Shown here piece after piece: positions 20,501 through 28,692 of a stretch of DNA of 64,000 bases (its first letter is position 1; every line of letters starts with the position of its first letter). The DNA comes from a bacterium. GTDB taxonomy: Bacteria; RBG-13-61-14; DATKZS01. The stretch lies in assembly GCA_963674965.2 (NCBI GenBank), contig CAXXFL010000001.1, forward strand, positions 1,056,001 through 1,120,000. The letters run 5' to 3'. The notes beneath the pieces are model-generated. The model was not told the DNA's origin and made no database searches. It saw nothing but the letters and a program-made list of their open reading frames with translations. The position numbers were made by a program, and so were the translations under genes.

Positions 20501-21525
20501 CCGCGGCCGACGCGGACGGCGACGGATGGTTCGTGGGATGCGACGCCTATGCCACGCGAAACGGTCCCGACTGCGAGGACGGCGACTCGGCCGTCAACCC
20601 GGGCCTTCCCGAGAGCATGTGCGACGGCAAGGACAACGACTGTAGCGCCGGCACGCCGGACGACCTGGACGCCGACTCCGACTCGCTTAACTACTGTACT
20701 GAGCAAGTCCTGGGCACGAGCGACGACGACTGGGACTCGGATGACGACTCCCTGCCCGACGCCTTCGAGGCCGCCAACATGACGGGGCACGGCGAAAACC
20801 TCGACCCGACCTCGTCGGCCGACGGCTGCTCGGCGGACTTTGACGGCGACGGCAACTCCAATTGCCACGAGTATTACAACGGGGCCGACCTATGGGCCGA
20901 GAACGTCCTCGGCGGCGCGGGATGCCGCTGCTGGGCCGACTCCGGCAGCACGGTGGGGGCCGACGGAGTGGTCTCGCCCCTGGACCTCTCGGCCCTGCAA
21001 TCGGTAGTCTCTCTCAAGACGGCCGTCTACACGGGAGTGCTGCCGCCCAACGGCGACACCCAGGAGCTCGACATGGACGAGTTGCCTTCACCCCTGGACG
21101 CCTCCATATTAAAGCAGATGGTGGTGCTGGCCAATACCTCCTCGAACCCGAGCATGCCTGCGGCCCTCTCCCTCGAGGGGGCAACCGTCGTCTCGGCCGC
21201 GGCGGGCGAGACCGTCCGGATTACGGTCCACGTCGTCAACCAGGGAGGAAAGAACACCGCCGGCATCGGCGTGGTCTTCGAGATCGACCCGGCCTCGACT
21301 GGCTCGGGCTTCCTGCTGGGCGGGGAGGGAAACGCGGGAGGCGCTACGCGCTATGACGTTTCCGGACCCATCGCCGAGGGAGGCAAGTCCTCGATCGTGG
21401 TCATGGCCGAGTCGGCCGGCGATATCGTCGTCAACGCGAGCGTGCCCGAGTGCGGCTCGGGGGGCGTGGGAAGATGGGCGCCCTCCATCGAGGTCCAGCC
21501 GCTCCTTACCATACAGGTCCAATAA
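17548..21525 (+). CDS. Large secreted multidomain surface protein: BtuH-like domain, TSP3-like Ca-binding repeats, 7-repeat propeller, dockerin-like and Ig-like C-terminus
   Basis: ATG at 17548 after AAGGA; signal ERALA|W; VSLGSGGVIILEF..IVDGPGPDFIVFEN..GGDAFDL; many DxDGDG repeats; seven WTGSEYGVxW-type repeats; paired SPLD motifs. Confidence 0.8.
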   Translation: MVMLTRNKWALCTSLSVVVIWLCLSERALAWPDCNADVVAGFTPSAAATFGHANMPDVVLGWPGSSSIGNGSMDVVSLGSGGVIILEFTDNVIVDGPGPDFIVFENSFYVTPYPASCYDDYYSFVEPFFVEASDDGVTWKRFPYEGTTIEPVPGDSCFNLFPRDWGSMSSKPVIERCAGLGGLGPSYDSPRNRIIADDLSRWDRRGELGVSGWGGDAFDLAAVGLSQARYVRLEAFEVAVDSSMASSDIDAVIALHAAPAPGSTADSDGDGLSDDEESAMGTDPGSPDTDGDGVGDGVEAASCLCPLIYGDTLLGIDVDVLTGDTDADAFVDCYDNCPDVSNAGQEDADADFLGDACEAAYGASVSNPDTDGGGMLDGLEVKAGLDPTNPNDDVVPGSDSDGDGLTDYAEINVYFTDPLEKDTDGDGFTDYEEEILYPCLDAIDPDTDGDGLCDGDAAVYDGATLLCAAGEDYDLDGQLACGLETDPCEVDTDGDGLGDGDEALLIGTDPALSDTDLDGVKDGDEHGAGSNPIDPVITPSVEKVSGEARLTYATGYSRYSAAAWTGSEFGVTWEDNRDGNYEIYFARLDADGDTLGLETRLTFDANYSYRSDVVWTGSEYGVAWYDRRDSSNYEIYFLRVSEAGAKIGSDVRLTFDANYSYNPSLAWTGSEYGVSWHDRRDLDYEIYMARIGPDGVKIGSDLRVTDDDDYSSRYSSLVWTGSEYGLAWEDTRSDGDYEIYFTRVTAELTKPGPDLRVSFTEDTSTYPSLTWTGSRYGVAWHDNRDGNYEIYFASVEAGGLTAGPETRVTRDGQSSMYPSLVWTGSEYGVSWDDKRVDGKDKVFFALLDEDGEKIGAAHRVSSGSEYAKQSDLVWADGKFGVAWEDSSSGNYEVTFAVFETDSDGDGLLDLSGEPVYSTDRLDWDTDDDGSRDGVDCDGNNSNTWDTCATCVDGDSDGYLELCNLYEGINGPDCDDEDIDNWVTCAAADADGDGWFVGCDAYATRNGPDCEDGDSAVNPGLPESMCDGKDNDCSAGTPDDLDADSDSLNYCTEQVLGTSDDDWDSDDDSLPDAFEAANMTGHGENLDPTSSADGCSADFDGDGNSNCHEYYNGADLWAENVLGGAGCRCWADSGSTVGADGVVSPLDLSALQSVVSLKTAVYTGVLPPNGDTQELDMDELPSPLDASILKQMVVLANTSSNPSMPAALSLEGATVVSAAAGETVRITVHVVNQGGKNTAGIGVVFEIDPASTGSGFLLGGEGNAGGATRYDVSGPIAEGGKSSIVVMAESAGDIVVNASVPECGSGGVGRWAPSIEVQPLLTIQVQ
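19180..20250 (+). repeat. Seven ~51-aa coding repeats (WTGSEYGVxWxDxRDGNYEIYF)
   Basis: Visible in protein and in DNA (TGGACCGGCTCCGAGTACGG recurs); boundaries approximate. Confidence 0.85.
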
Positions 21526-21557
21526 TCGGCGAGCGTTACCATGCCAAACCTTCGCCG

Positions 21558-21591
21558 GAGGGCGCGGCGGCTTCACGGCCGTCGCGCCCTC
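21558..21591 (+). terminator. GC-rich hairpin closing the B12 operon
   Basis: GAGGGCGCGGCGGC/GCCGTCGCGCCCTC stem; weak U-tract. Confidence 0.45.
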
Positions 21592-21641
21592 GACTTTCGG
21601 TCCCTTGACCGCCGCCGGGGCTTCGCGTAAGCTCGGGGACC

Positions 21642-22706
21642 ATGCGGGACGATACTCATGGAGACAAAAACCCCTCGGGCCCTTTGGCGGCCGAGGATGA
21701 GGTACTGTCCGAGCTCGAGCGGGAGGGCGTCAAAAAGCCCCGGACGTGGCAATGGATTCTGCCCTGGCCCATAACGGCGGCCATATTGTGGTGGGTTTTC
21801 CGGGACGTGACCTTCTCGGAGTTCTTTCATGCCTTCCAGAACGCCAGGATCATTCCCATGCTGGCGGCCCTTCTCGGTTTTACCGTCCTGTTCTCCATCC
21901 TCGACGCCGCGAGCTACGGGCTCAGCTTCAAATGGTTCGTGGCCCCCGACTTCACCCGCCGCGAGATGCTGAACATGAGGCTGGGAAGCTATCTTTTAAA
22001 CGTCCTTTACCCGCCCATCATCACCGTGACCAACGTCATATACATGCGGCGTCACAAGGGCGCGCCCGTTACCTGGACCCTGTCGGGGAGCTGGTTCACC
22101 ACCTTCACCGATATCTTCGTCATCATATCCGCGCTCAGCCTGGGCCTTTCCATAAACGCGTTCTGCAAGGCGGCGCCCGAGCTCGATCCCGTCTGGCTCA
22201 TCCCTCTTTGCATACCCTGGCTCATGGCCTACGTCCATTTTAGATACTGGTTTACCGACTCGCGCCATAAGTACCTCACCCGCGTCACCAAAAATCCCCT
22301 GTTTCGCTTCGCCCATCACGCCCAGCCGAGGCAGCATTATATTATCTACGCCATCAGGGCGGCCATGACCGCCGCCGGCATCACGGCCCACTGGATCGCG
22401 CTTTACAGCTTCGGGATCGAGGTCCCCGCGCCGGTCATGATGGTGGCCGCGCCCCTCATCGTGGGCGGTTCCTTTTTGCCCATTTCCGGCGGCGGGTTCG
22501 GCGGCCCCCAACTGCTCGCCTTGATCCTGCTTCCCTACGCCGGGAACGACGAGGCGGTCCTGGCCGCTTACAGCATGTCCTTTTCCGCCTGTTTCACCGC
22601 GGGAAGAGTCATCCTGGGCGCCATTTTCCTGCCGGGATTTCTATCCGACCTTCGCGACCCCCGGCCCCGCCTCACCGTCGATCCCCTCACGGGGGAGGAC
22701 ATATAA
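21642..22706 (+). CDS. Lysylphosphatidylglycerol-synthase TM domain (UPF0104 flippase-like) membrane protein
   Basis: Multi-TM; ILWWVFRDV at the N-terminus, FLPISGGGFGGPQ motif. Confidence 0.7.
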   Translation: MRDDTHGDKNPSGPLAAEDEVLSELEREGVKKPRTWQWILPWPITAAILWWVFRDVTFSEFFHAFQNARIIPMLAALLGFTVLFSILDAASYGLSFKWFVAPDFTRREMLNMRLGSYLLNVLYPPIITVTNVIYMRRHKGAPVTWTLSGSWFTTFTDIFVIISALSLGLSINAFCKAAPELDPVWLIPLCIPWLMAYVHFRYWFTDSRHKYLTRVTKNPLFRFAHHAQPRQHYIIYAIRAAMTAAGITAHWIALYSFGIEVPAPVMMVAAPLIVGGSFLPISGGGFGGPQLLALILLPYAGNDEAVLAAYSMSFSACFTAGRVILGAIFLPGFLSDLRDPRPRLTVDPLTGEDI

Positions 22707-23273
22707 ATAACCTCCCCCTTTCCGGGAGATATCTTCCATTCATAAAGACAAAGGTTTACTGGCCATGCTCATTTTCAATCCCGCGACTTACGCCGCGCGG
22801 TTAGTCGCTATCCGCGCTACCCATGATCCAAGTCAGGCCCCGGCGGCTCGGCCCGCCTAGCTCTTTGAAAATCGAATACCGAGGGCGTCCCTCGACCCAT
22901 CCCGCTACGCGGGACCCGCGCGGTTTCTATCAAACCGGACGGGACATCCCTCCGTATACGAGAATGCGGAGAAAATTATGGCGATGGATTACAATATTTC
23001 ATCAAGTGTATGTTCCGTAAAAGACCGGGAGCTTCCCGCGGAACTGAATTCATTCAAAACAATGATCGGCAAGGATAAATATGGATTGACCTTTGATGGG
23101 TAGAGTTGCCTTAGTTTGTTAATACAATTTGAAAGAGGCTCCACTTTTATTAATATTTTCGTAATCGCGGGAGAATGTATTAGGGACTTTGGTTATTTAA
23201 ACTGTCTTGGCCTTATTTTCGTAATAAATTGTTGAGGTATTTAATGAACAGGCCCTTACGGGCTTACTCGCCG

Positions 23274-23603
23274 TCAACCCATATTTTTCCAGGCCTTGGC
23301 CTCCTCGGCGTAAAGGAAAATGTAACGCTCGGAGTTGACGCTGACGGCAACGTCCGCTCCTCTTGACTTGGCGTATATCAGCCATCCGGGCTCGTTCTCG
23401 GAGCAGCAGGTAACGTGGGGGGAGAACTTGCCGCTGTCGCCGTCGTACCAGGCCATGAGCATGGGCTTTTCAAGTACCTTCCCTATCTCGGCCTTGGCCG
23501 CGGCCGAGGCCTTGGCGAAATCCGCCTCATCCTCGGGCAGCGTTATATCCAGGGGATCAGGAAGCATTTCCCTGGTCGGCAGAGCGCAAACGTCGTTTTC
23601 CAT
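23274..23603 (-). CDS. AF1514-family protein
   Basis: PMLMAWYD..FSP..CC..PGWLIYAKSRGA..VSVN..YIFLY; AGGAG RBS. Confidence 0.75.
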   Translation of the reverse strand: MENDVCALPTREMLPDPLDITLPEDEADFAKASAAAKAEIGKVLEKPMLMAWYDGDSGKFSPHVTCCSENEPGWLIYAKSRGADVAVSVNSERYIFLYAEEAKAWKNMG

Positions 23604-23730
23604 GTCTTACTCCTCTTACAATAATGTAACCATTCAAAACGGCCCTGGCAACGTCCGGGGGCCTTTTCCTATCTGATGGCGAAAGCGTTTAGCGCGTGTA
23701 TGTTCCTCCAGTATAAGAGCGCTCCGACTC

Positions 23731-23758
23731 TTGACTTTCCCGATAAGGCTGATATAGT
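23731..23758 (+). promoter_or_regulatory. Sigma-70 promoter of the tRNA pair
   Basis: TTGACT-N16-TATAGT with extended -10 TG. Confidence 0.6.
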
Positions 23759-23791
23759 AATGTTTCTGGACTTAATGGTCCTTGCTGGAGG

Positions 23792-23867
23792 GCAGGAGTA
23801 GCTCAGTTGGTAGAGCCCCACGTTGCCAACGTGGTTGTCGCGGGTTCGAATCCCGTCTCCTGCTCCA
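23792..23867 (+). tRNA. tRNA-Gly (GCC)
   Basis: GCAGGAG/CTCCTGC acceptor stem, anticodon arm CCACG-TTGCCAA-CGTGG, GGTTCGAATCC, encoded CCA. Confidence 0.97.
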
Positions 23868-23874
23868 TTTTCTT

Positions 23875-23949
23875 GGCGGCATAGCCAAGTGGTAAGGCGA
23901 TGGTCTGCAAAACCATTATTCACCGGTTCGAATCCGGTTGCCGCCTCCA
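23875..23949 (+). tRNA. tRNA-Cys (GCA)
   Basis: GGCGGCA/TGCCGCC acceptor stem, anticodon loop CTGCAAA, GGTTCGAATCC, encoded CCA. Confidence 0.97.
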
Positions 23950-23992
23950 GAAATAGGAAACAAGCCGCGTGCCCCCCTCATTTATCGCGGTT

Positions 23993-24026
23993 AAAAATCC
24001 GGAAGCTTTCAAGTTTCCGGATTTTT
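23993..24026 (+). terminator. Intrinsic terminator after the tRNAs
   Basis: AAAAATCCGGAA...TTCCGGATTTTT. Confidence 0.7.
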
Positions 24027-24209
24027 CTATGCCCATTTTCATAACCGCTTTCCCAAAGCCCGCCTTTTTCTCCCGAGCTATCGATTACGCCTGACCCGCC
24101 CGCTTTTAATAATCTTCAAAAACGACAGGAAAACCGGTTATCTGCGCCTCGAACCGATTTCATCCGGTACCGGGGGCAAGGCTCGTTACTAAAGTTACGA
24201 AAAGCCTTA

Positions 24210-24238
24210 TTGACATTCCGGCCCCCCGACTCTACCAT
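24210..24238 (+). promoter_or_regulatory. Sigma-70 promoter for the L,D-transpeptidase gene
   Basis: TTGACA-N17-TACCAT. Confidence 0.6.
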
Positions 24239-24302
24239 ATTTATCATGACCTGACGGCTGAGTTCAGCGAAAAACAATCAGGGCTCCAGGAGATTTTTTA
24301 AG

Positions 24303-25208
24303 ATGAAACGGATTTTGGCTTTAATATTCGTAGCGTTCGCCCTGTCTTTAACCATGGGCGCGGCCTGTCCCACCGGCAAGCCTCCCCAGGTTTCGAACAC
24401 GGGCCTGGGCGAAGGCCGCGAGATTTACCAAACGGCGGAAGATTTTTTCGAGCAGGGCAATTACGAGGCCGCCATCCAGACCTACCAGGAAGTCCTGGAT
24501 AAATACCCCGGATCGGGATACGCCGACAAGTCCCTTTTCCGTCTCGGCCAGTGCTACTACAAGACCGGAGACTCGGACAAGGCCCTCGAGCAGTTCAAGA
24601 AATACGTGGATCAGCACCGAGACGACTCTCAATTGACCGTGGCTCAGGACTACGTAATAAGCATTACGGAAAAGAAATACCAGGACCTGGCCAGGGACTA
24701 CGAGAAAAACATAAACGGCCTCGAGAGCCAGAATTTCCGCATGGAAATGCTCAACCGGTACCTTCGCCGGTCGGTCGAGGCCGAGACCGTCTACATCGAG
24801 ATCGACCGGGACGCCACCCGGCTCTACGTGAAGCTGGGTTCTCAGACCCTTTACGATTATCCGGTGGTGGTGGGCAAAGGCAAGACCTGGGTCCAGGACT
24901 TTTCCACGCCCAAGGGCATACGGCAGGTCGAGAGCATCATTCCCAAGCCCAAGTGGTACCGTCCCAACTGGTACTGGAAGGAAAAGGGCCTCGAGGTCCC
25001 CGAGGACATCACCATGGAAGAAAGGGCCGTCGAGGGAGCCTTGGGACCGTTCAAGATAGTGCTGGGCGAAGGCTACGCCATCCACGGCACCAGGGCCGGC
25101 AAGATAAGGCCGGGCAAGCTCTCCCACGGATGCATCAGGATGAACAACGCCGAACTCAAGCAACTGGTCAAGATGATCGAGGTGGGAACGCTGGTTTATA
25201 TTTATTAG
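24303..25208 (+). CDS. Lipoprotein: TPR (BamD/CpoB-like), coiled coil and L,D-transpeptidase (YkuD) domain
   Basis: Lipobox GAAC; TPRs (YEAAIQTYQEVLDKYPGS); YAIHGT...SHGCIRM. Confidence 0.88.
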   Translation: MKRILALIFVAFALSLTMGAACPTGKPPQVSNTGLGEGREIYQTAEDFFEQGNYEAAIQTYQEVLDKYPGSGYADKSLFRLGQCYYKTGDSDKALEQFKKYVDQHRDDSQLTVAQDYVISITEKKYQDLARDYEKNINGLESQNFRMEMLNRYLRRSVEAETVYIEIDRDATRLYVKLGSQTLYDYPVVVGKGKTWVQDFSTPKGIRQVESIIPKPKWYRPNWYWKEKGLEVPEDITMEERAVEGALGPFKIVLGEGYAIHGTRAGKIRPGKLSHGCIRMNNAELKQLVKMIEVGTLVYIY

Positions 25209-25225
25209 CGGCCGTTAAAGCCGTC

Positions 25226-25816
25226 TTAGCCCGTTCGCCTTTTCAGTTCTTCTTCCAGTAGCCATATCCTGTCCTGGCCCCAGTAGGTTTTATCCTCGAG
25301 GCGGAAGGTGGGCACGCCCCAGTGGCCTATTGCCTCGAGCCTTTGGTTATTTTCCTCGATCTTTTGGTGGATGGCCTCGTTGGAGACGGCCTCGAGGCAT
25401 TTATCCCAATCGAGTCCCACCGAGTCGGCCACCCTTTTAAGGCCGCGATCACCCGCCACTTTTACGCCCTCGGCCCAGATGGCCCGGCTGGCGGCAAGGA
25501 CGAACTCCTTTTGCTTTCCCTCCCTCGAGGCGTACTCGGCCACGTACAAGCACCTTATAGCCCCCTCTCCCAGGGGGTCGTAAATCCCGCCAAAGGGCAT
25601 GCCGAGTCTCCTGGCCTCACGGGCCGCGTCTCGAAGTATGTAGAGCTTCTTGGCCATGGGAAGGGGCACGCCCCTGGTGACCATGGGTCTTATGCCCCGG
25701 TAAATAAGCTCGATACCGTATTTCTCGGGAAGGGCGAAGGCGCGGGGTCCGGCCAGGTAGGAGTAGGGACTCCTGAAGCTGAAAAAGAACTCGACCGTCA
25801 GAGCTTTGTCCGTCAT
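25226..25816 (-). CDS. DsbA-like 2-hydroxychromene-2-carboxylate isomerase / kappa-GST family protein
   Basis: FFFSFRSPYSYL, WGVPTF, YWGQDRI; ATGA-coupled to the upstream paralog. Confidence 0.85.
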   Translation of the reverse strand: MTDKALTVEFFFSFRSPYSYLAGPRAFALPEKYGIELIYRGIRPMVTRGVPLPMAKKLYILRDAAREARRLGMPFGGIYDPLGEGAIRCLYVAEYASREGKQKEFVLAASRAIWAEGVKVAGDRGLKRVADSVGLDWDKCLEAVSNEAIHQKIEENNQRLEAIGHWGVPTFRLEDKTYWGQDRIWLLEEELKRRTG

Positions 25817-26508
25817 TTCCACGCCCTCCTGCCCAGGTAATCAAGACGCTCGGCGATCTGGTCCAGGCGCTCGTGGGCGAAGTACCACTGGCCGTAGACC
25901 AGGGCGGCCGGAGATTCCCAATGGCCTTTTTTCACGAGTCTTTTTTCGTTCTTTCTCACCCTGGCCTCGTAAACGGAAAAATCATCGGGCGGGTCCTGGT
26001 CGAAAGCGTCAAGATATACTTCCGTTATGTTTTCGCGGTTGATGGCGTCATTGCTTTTCCAAATGTAGGACAGGGCCTTCTCGATGAAAAAATATTCGTC
26101 CCCGTCTTCCCGGCCCGCCTCGGCCCAGGCGGCGACAAAGGCCGTCTCCTCACTGGTGGGGGCTTCCTTGCGGATGATCTCCATGCCCAGGCTCGCGGCG
26201 AGACGTCTGGCGTCCTCCATGGCGTAGGCCCGGCGCTTATCCAGGTCGGGGTCGTTCTCGATTCCCCGCCGTACGATGGGATAAAAAGCCGGCTCCACGT
26301 CGCGGTTGGTCAGCATCTTGAATATTTTGGGAACGGCGATGGCGGCGTAAGGGTCGTCGAAGGCAAAGTAGAGCTCGACTTTGCCCACCAGTCCAAGGGC
26401 GCGCTCGAGGGTTGGAACCATTCTGTTTTTCATTTTGATATGGTCGATCTTCAAGATGGTTCTTGGCAGGAGCGCCTTCCCCACGTAGTCGGTAATGGGG
26501 TTTGTCAT
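25813..26508 (-). CDS. Second, divergent kappa-GST/HCCA-isomerase-like protein
   Basis: VELYFAFDDPYA, GHWESPA, WYFAHERL: same fold with degenerate motifs. Confidence 0.7.
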   Translation of the reverse strand: MTNPITDYVGKALLPRTILKIDHIKMKNRMVPTLERALGLVGKVELYFAFDDPYAAIAVPKIFKMLTNRDVEPAFYPIVRRGIENDPDLDKRRAYAMEDARRLAASLGMEIIRKEAPTSEETAFVAAWAEAGREDGDEYFFIEKALSYIWKSNDAINRENITEVYLDAFDQDPPDDFSVYEARVRKNEKRLVKKGHWESPAALVYGQWYFAHERLDQIAERLDYLGRRAWK

Positions 26509-26521
26509 GTGAGGTACTTCT

Positions 26522-27304
26522 CTATTTCGGCTTTTGGGCCGTCAGTATTAACCTGTTGTTCATAAAACCGTAGTCGCCTGCTTTATGGTGAAAGGACTTG
26601 CCGCCCAGCGTGACGGCGTCCTCGAATCCAGCGGACCGGGCCAGGGCGCGAAGGCCGTCCGCGTCATATGTCCTGATCGCGTAGGTGGCGTCTCGAATGA
26701 TTCCATTCGTCTTACTCATAACCATCTCGCGGGCCTTGATCCGGCCTCTTCCAAGCTCCCGTTTTCTGCACACTACGAGGTCGTCTCCTATCTCGTGCCA
26801 GGAGTCGGGAATAAAACGGTCGCGCACCGCTGACCCGTCGGCCACGTCCAGCACCAGCCATCCGCCGGGCCGGAGCAGCCGGAAGGCCTCCCGGCAAATG
26901 TCCGCGTCCGCCTCGAGCTCGGTCTGGTAGCCCAGGGAGTTGCCGAGAACGAAAACGTGGTCGGCAAAGCCGGACTCGAGGCTCGTGTCCCTGGCGTCGG
27001 CCCGCAAAAACCTTACCCGGCGCCCGCGCTTTTCAGCCTCCCTGGCCCCGCGTTTGATGAGACGGCCCGAGTAGTCAACCACCGTGCATCCCGTGAAGCC
27101 CCTCTCGCAAAGCTCGAGGCTGTGTCTTCCATGGCCTCCGCAGAGGTCAACTATATTATGCTCTTTTTCGGCGGGTACAACCTCGAGAAAAAAATCTACC
27201 TCCCGCCGGGTAACCTCGCGGTCGCATACCGACCGGGCGTCAGTCAGAAGGTACACCTCATCGAAGAGATGCTTCCACCAGTTCGGGTCGACCTCGATCG
27301 CCAT
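26522..27304 (-). CDS. Class I SAM-dependent methyltransferase
   Basis: VDLCGGHGRH, VVDYS, ADAR, GNSLGY, LLRPGGWLVLD; start at 27304 (or GTG at 27310). Confidence 0.88.
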   Translation of the reverse strand: MAIEVDPNWWKHLFDEVYLLTDARSVCDREVTRREVDFFLEVVPAEKEHNIVDLCGGHGRHSLELCERGFTGCTVVDYSGRLIKRGAREAEKRGRRVRFLRADARDTSLESGFADHVFVLGNSLGYQTELEADADICREAFRLLRPGGWLVLDVADGSAVRDRFIPDSWHEIGDDLVVCRKRELGRGRIKAREMVMSKTNGIIRDATYAIRTYDADGLRALARSAGFEDAVTLGGKSFHHKAGDYGFMNNRLILTAQKPK

Positions 27305-27306
27305 CG

Positions 27307-28692
27307 TCACTCCGGTCCGGCCCCAAACCCGAAAAGACCGTCGCCGGCGATGATCGCGGCCGAGCCTTGCCAGGGCTGGCTCCGGGCTATCTCCAGCTCT
27401 TCCTCCTCGATGGCCACCAGCTCGTCAAGCTCCCCCGACTTCCACATCTTCTCCAGGGTCAGGCAGTCGTTCCATAAGCGGCCGCCGTACCTGGCCAGGG
27501 CCTCGAGGTGGCCGGGCGTGAGCAGCCTCGGCCGAAGGGCCGTTTTAATGGGCCCGAGAAGGTAAGTGAATTTCCTCTCCATGGCCATCTTGTTCTGCAT
27601 ATCGAGAATATCCGCCAGGTCTCCCGCCTCCATGGAAAGGATGGCGTCATTTATTCTTTTCGAGGCCTGCCCCGCGGACTCATTGCTTTTGATCACGGCG
27701 ATGGGCTGCATGCCGCCGCCGCTGCCCACGTTGGTGGGCACGTCGCCGAAGCGGCCCAGGAAACCCATCAGCCCCTCCTGCCCGATAAAACAACGAAAGT
27801 CAGTCTGGTAGCGTCTGATCCGGATTTTCGACTTGTCCTCCGTCAGCTCGGGAAGGTCCTCGGCCCACTTATCGAGGGGTACCTTGGACTGCACGATATA
27901 GTCGCCCTTCTCGAGCGCCAGCTTGACCGCCTCGTCCGCGTCCGGGTTTACGCCCCCCACCTTGACGCCCATGCCCGAGTAGCCGCGCTCGGGCTTTAAG
28001 ACCAGGTCGTCCCAGTTGGCGCGGGTCCACTCGATAAGGTCCTTTATCTCCTCGCCGGCGGGACCGTCGGTCGAGCGCGCAAAAAACCGCCTGGTCCAGG
28101 GCGTCCGCCTTACGATCTCCTCGCTGAAGCGGCCCTTTAACGGACCGGTCAGGACCTCGAACATGCTCTTCACGTTAATGGGCTCGGTCCCCCTCGGATT
28201 GATTACCCTGCCCTCACGGACGGCTTGAAGGAGTGGGGAAAGATTCATTTTACGATGGAGCCGGAGAAGGACGTCAGTGTTGAAATCCATGAATATCACC
28301 GACACGGGTTGTCCCTTATAGCTGACCCGCCCATTATCCAACTCGAGCCAGTGAGGCGCCATGAGCGCGCCCGAGACTCCGTCCATATTGTCGAGCCTGG
28401 CCGCCAGGTTGGCGTTCTCGGTCACGTCCTCGAGGGTCTCCTCCTCCGCCACCACCGCGATCAGGCCAGGGTTCGAGCCGGACCTCTCGCGATGGGCCGC
28501 CAGAAGACGCTCGGAAAACTCGATCACCGGCGACATGTAGGGATGGTCGAAATCCAGCTCAACGCCGACGGGCCTCACCTCGTTTACCCTTTTCCACACC
28601 GCCTTGCCCAACTCCTGCGTAACCCGCTGGTAGTCCCAACCACCCGGGCTGCCCAGGTTCCACTCCGAATGATATCCCGTGAAATCTTCCAT
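27307..28692 (-). CDS. Circularly permuted ATP-grasp amide ligase (glutathionylspermidine-synthase / CP-ATP-grasp-like)
   Basis: SEWNLGSPGG, VINP, LVLKPERGYSGMGV, YIVQSKV, TNVGSGGG, LRPRLL, C-terminal AGDGLF; start at 28692 after GGAG. Confidence 0.75.
   Translation of the reverse strand: MEDFTGYHSEWNLGSPGGWDYQRVTQELGKAVWKRVNEVRPVGVELDFDHPYMSPVIEFSERLLAAHRERSGSNPGLIAVVAEEETLEDVTENANLAARLDNMDGVSGALMAPHWLELDNGRVSYKGQPVSVIFMDFNTDVLLRLHRKMNLSPLLQAVREGRVINPRGTEPINVKSMFEVLTGPLKGRFSEEIVRRTPWTRRFFARSTDGPAGEEIKDLIEWTRANWDDLVLKPERGYSGMGVKVGGVNPDADEAVKLALEKGDYIVQSKVPLDKWAEDLPELTEDKSKIRIRRYQTDFRCFIGQEGLMGFLGRFGDVPTNVGSGGGMQPIAVIKSNESAGQASKRINDAILSMEAGDLADILDMQNKMAMERKFTYLLGPIKTALRPRLLTPGHLEALARYGGRLWNDCLTLEKMWKSGELDELVAIEEEELEIARSQPWQGSAAIIAGDGLFGFGAGPE

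Noticed and set aside
18340-20900. Recurrent DNA repeats as a possible CRISPR array or DGR template
   Set aside because: They are in-frame coding repeats; no cas or reverse transcriptase genes, and no constant repeat-spacer pattern
22707-23273. Long, partly AT-rich intergenic region between convergent genes as a possible ncRNA
   Set aside because: No recognisable riboswitch or sRNA motif and no credible ORF; cannot be supported without a covariance search
23792-24300. tRNA pair as a possible island integration site
   Set aside because: No integrase and no duplicated tRNA 3' end seen in the window
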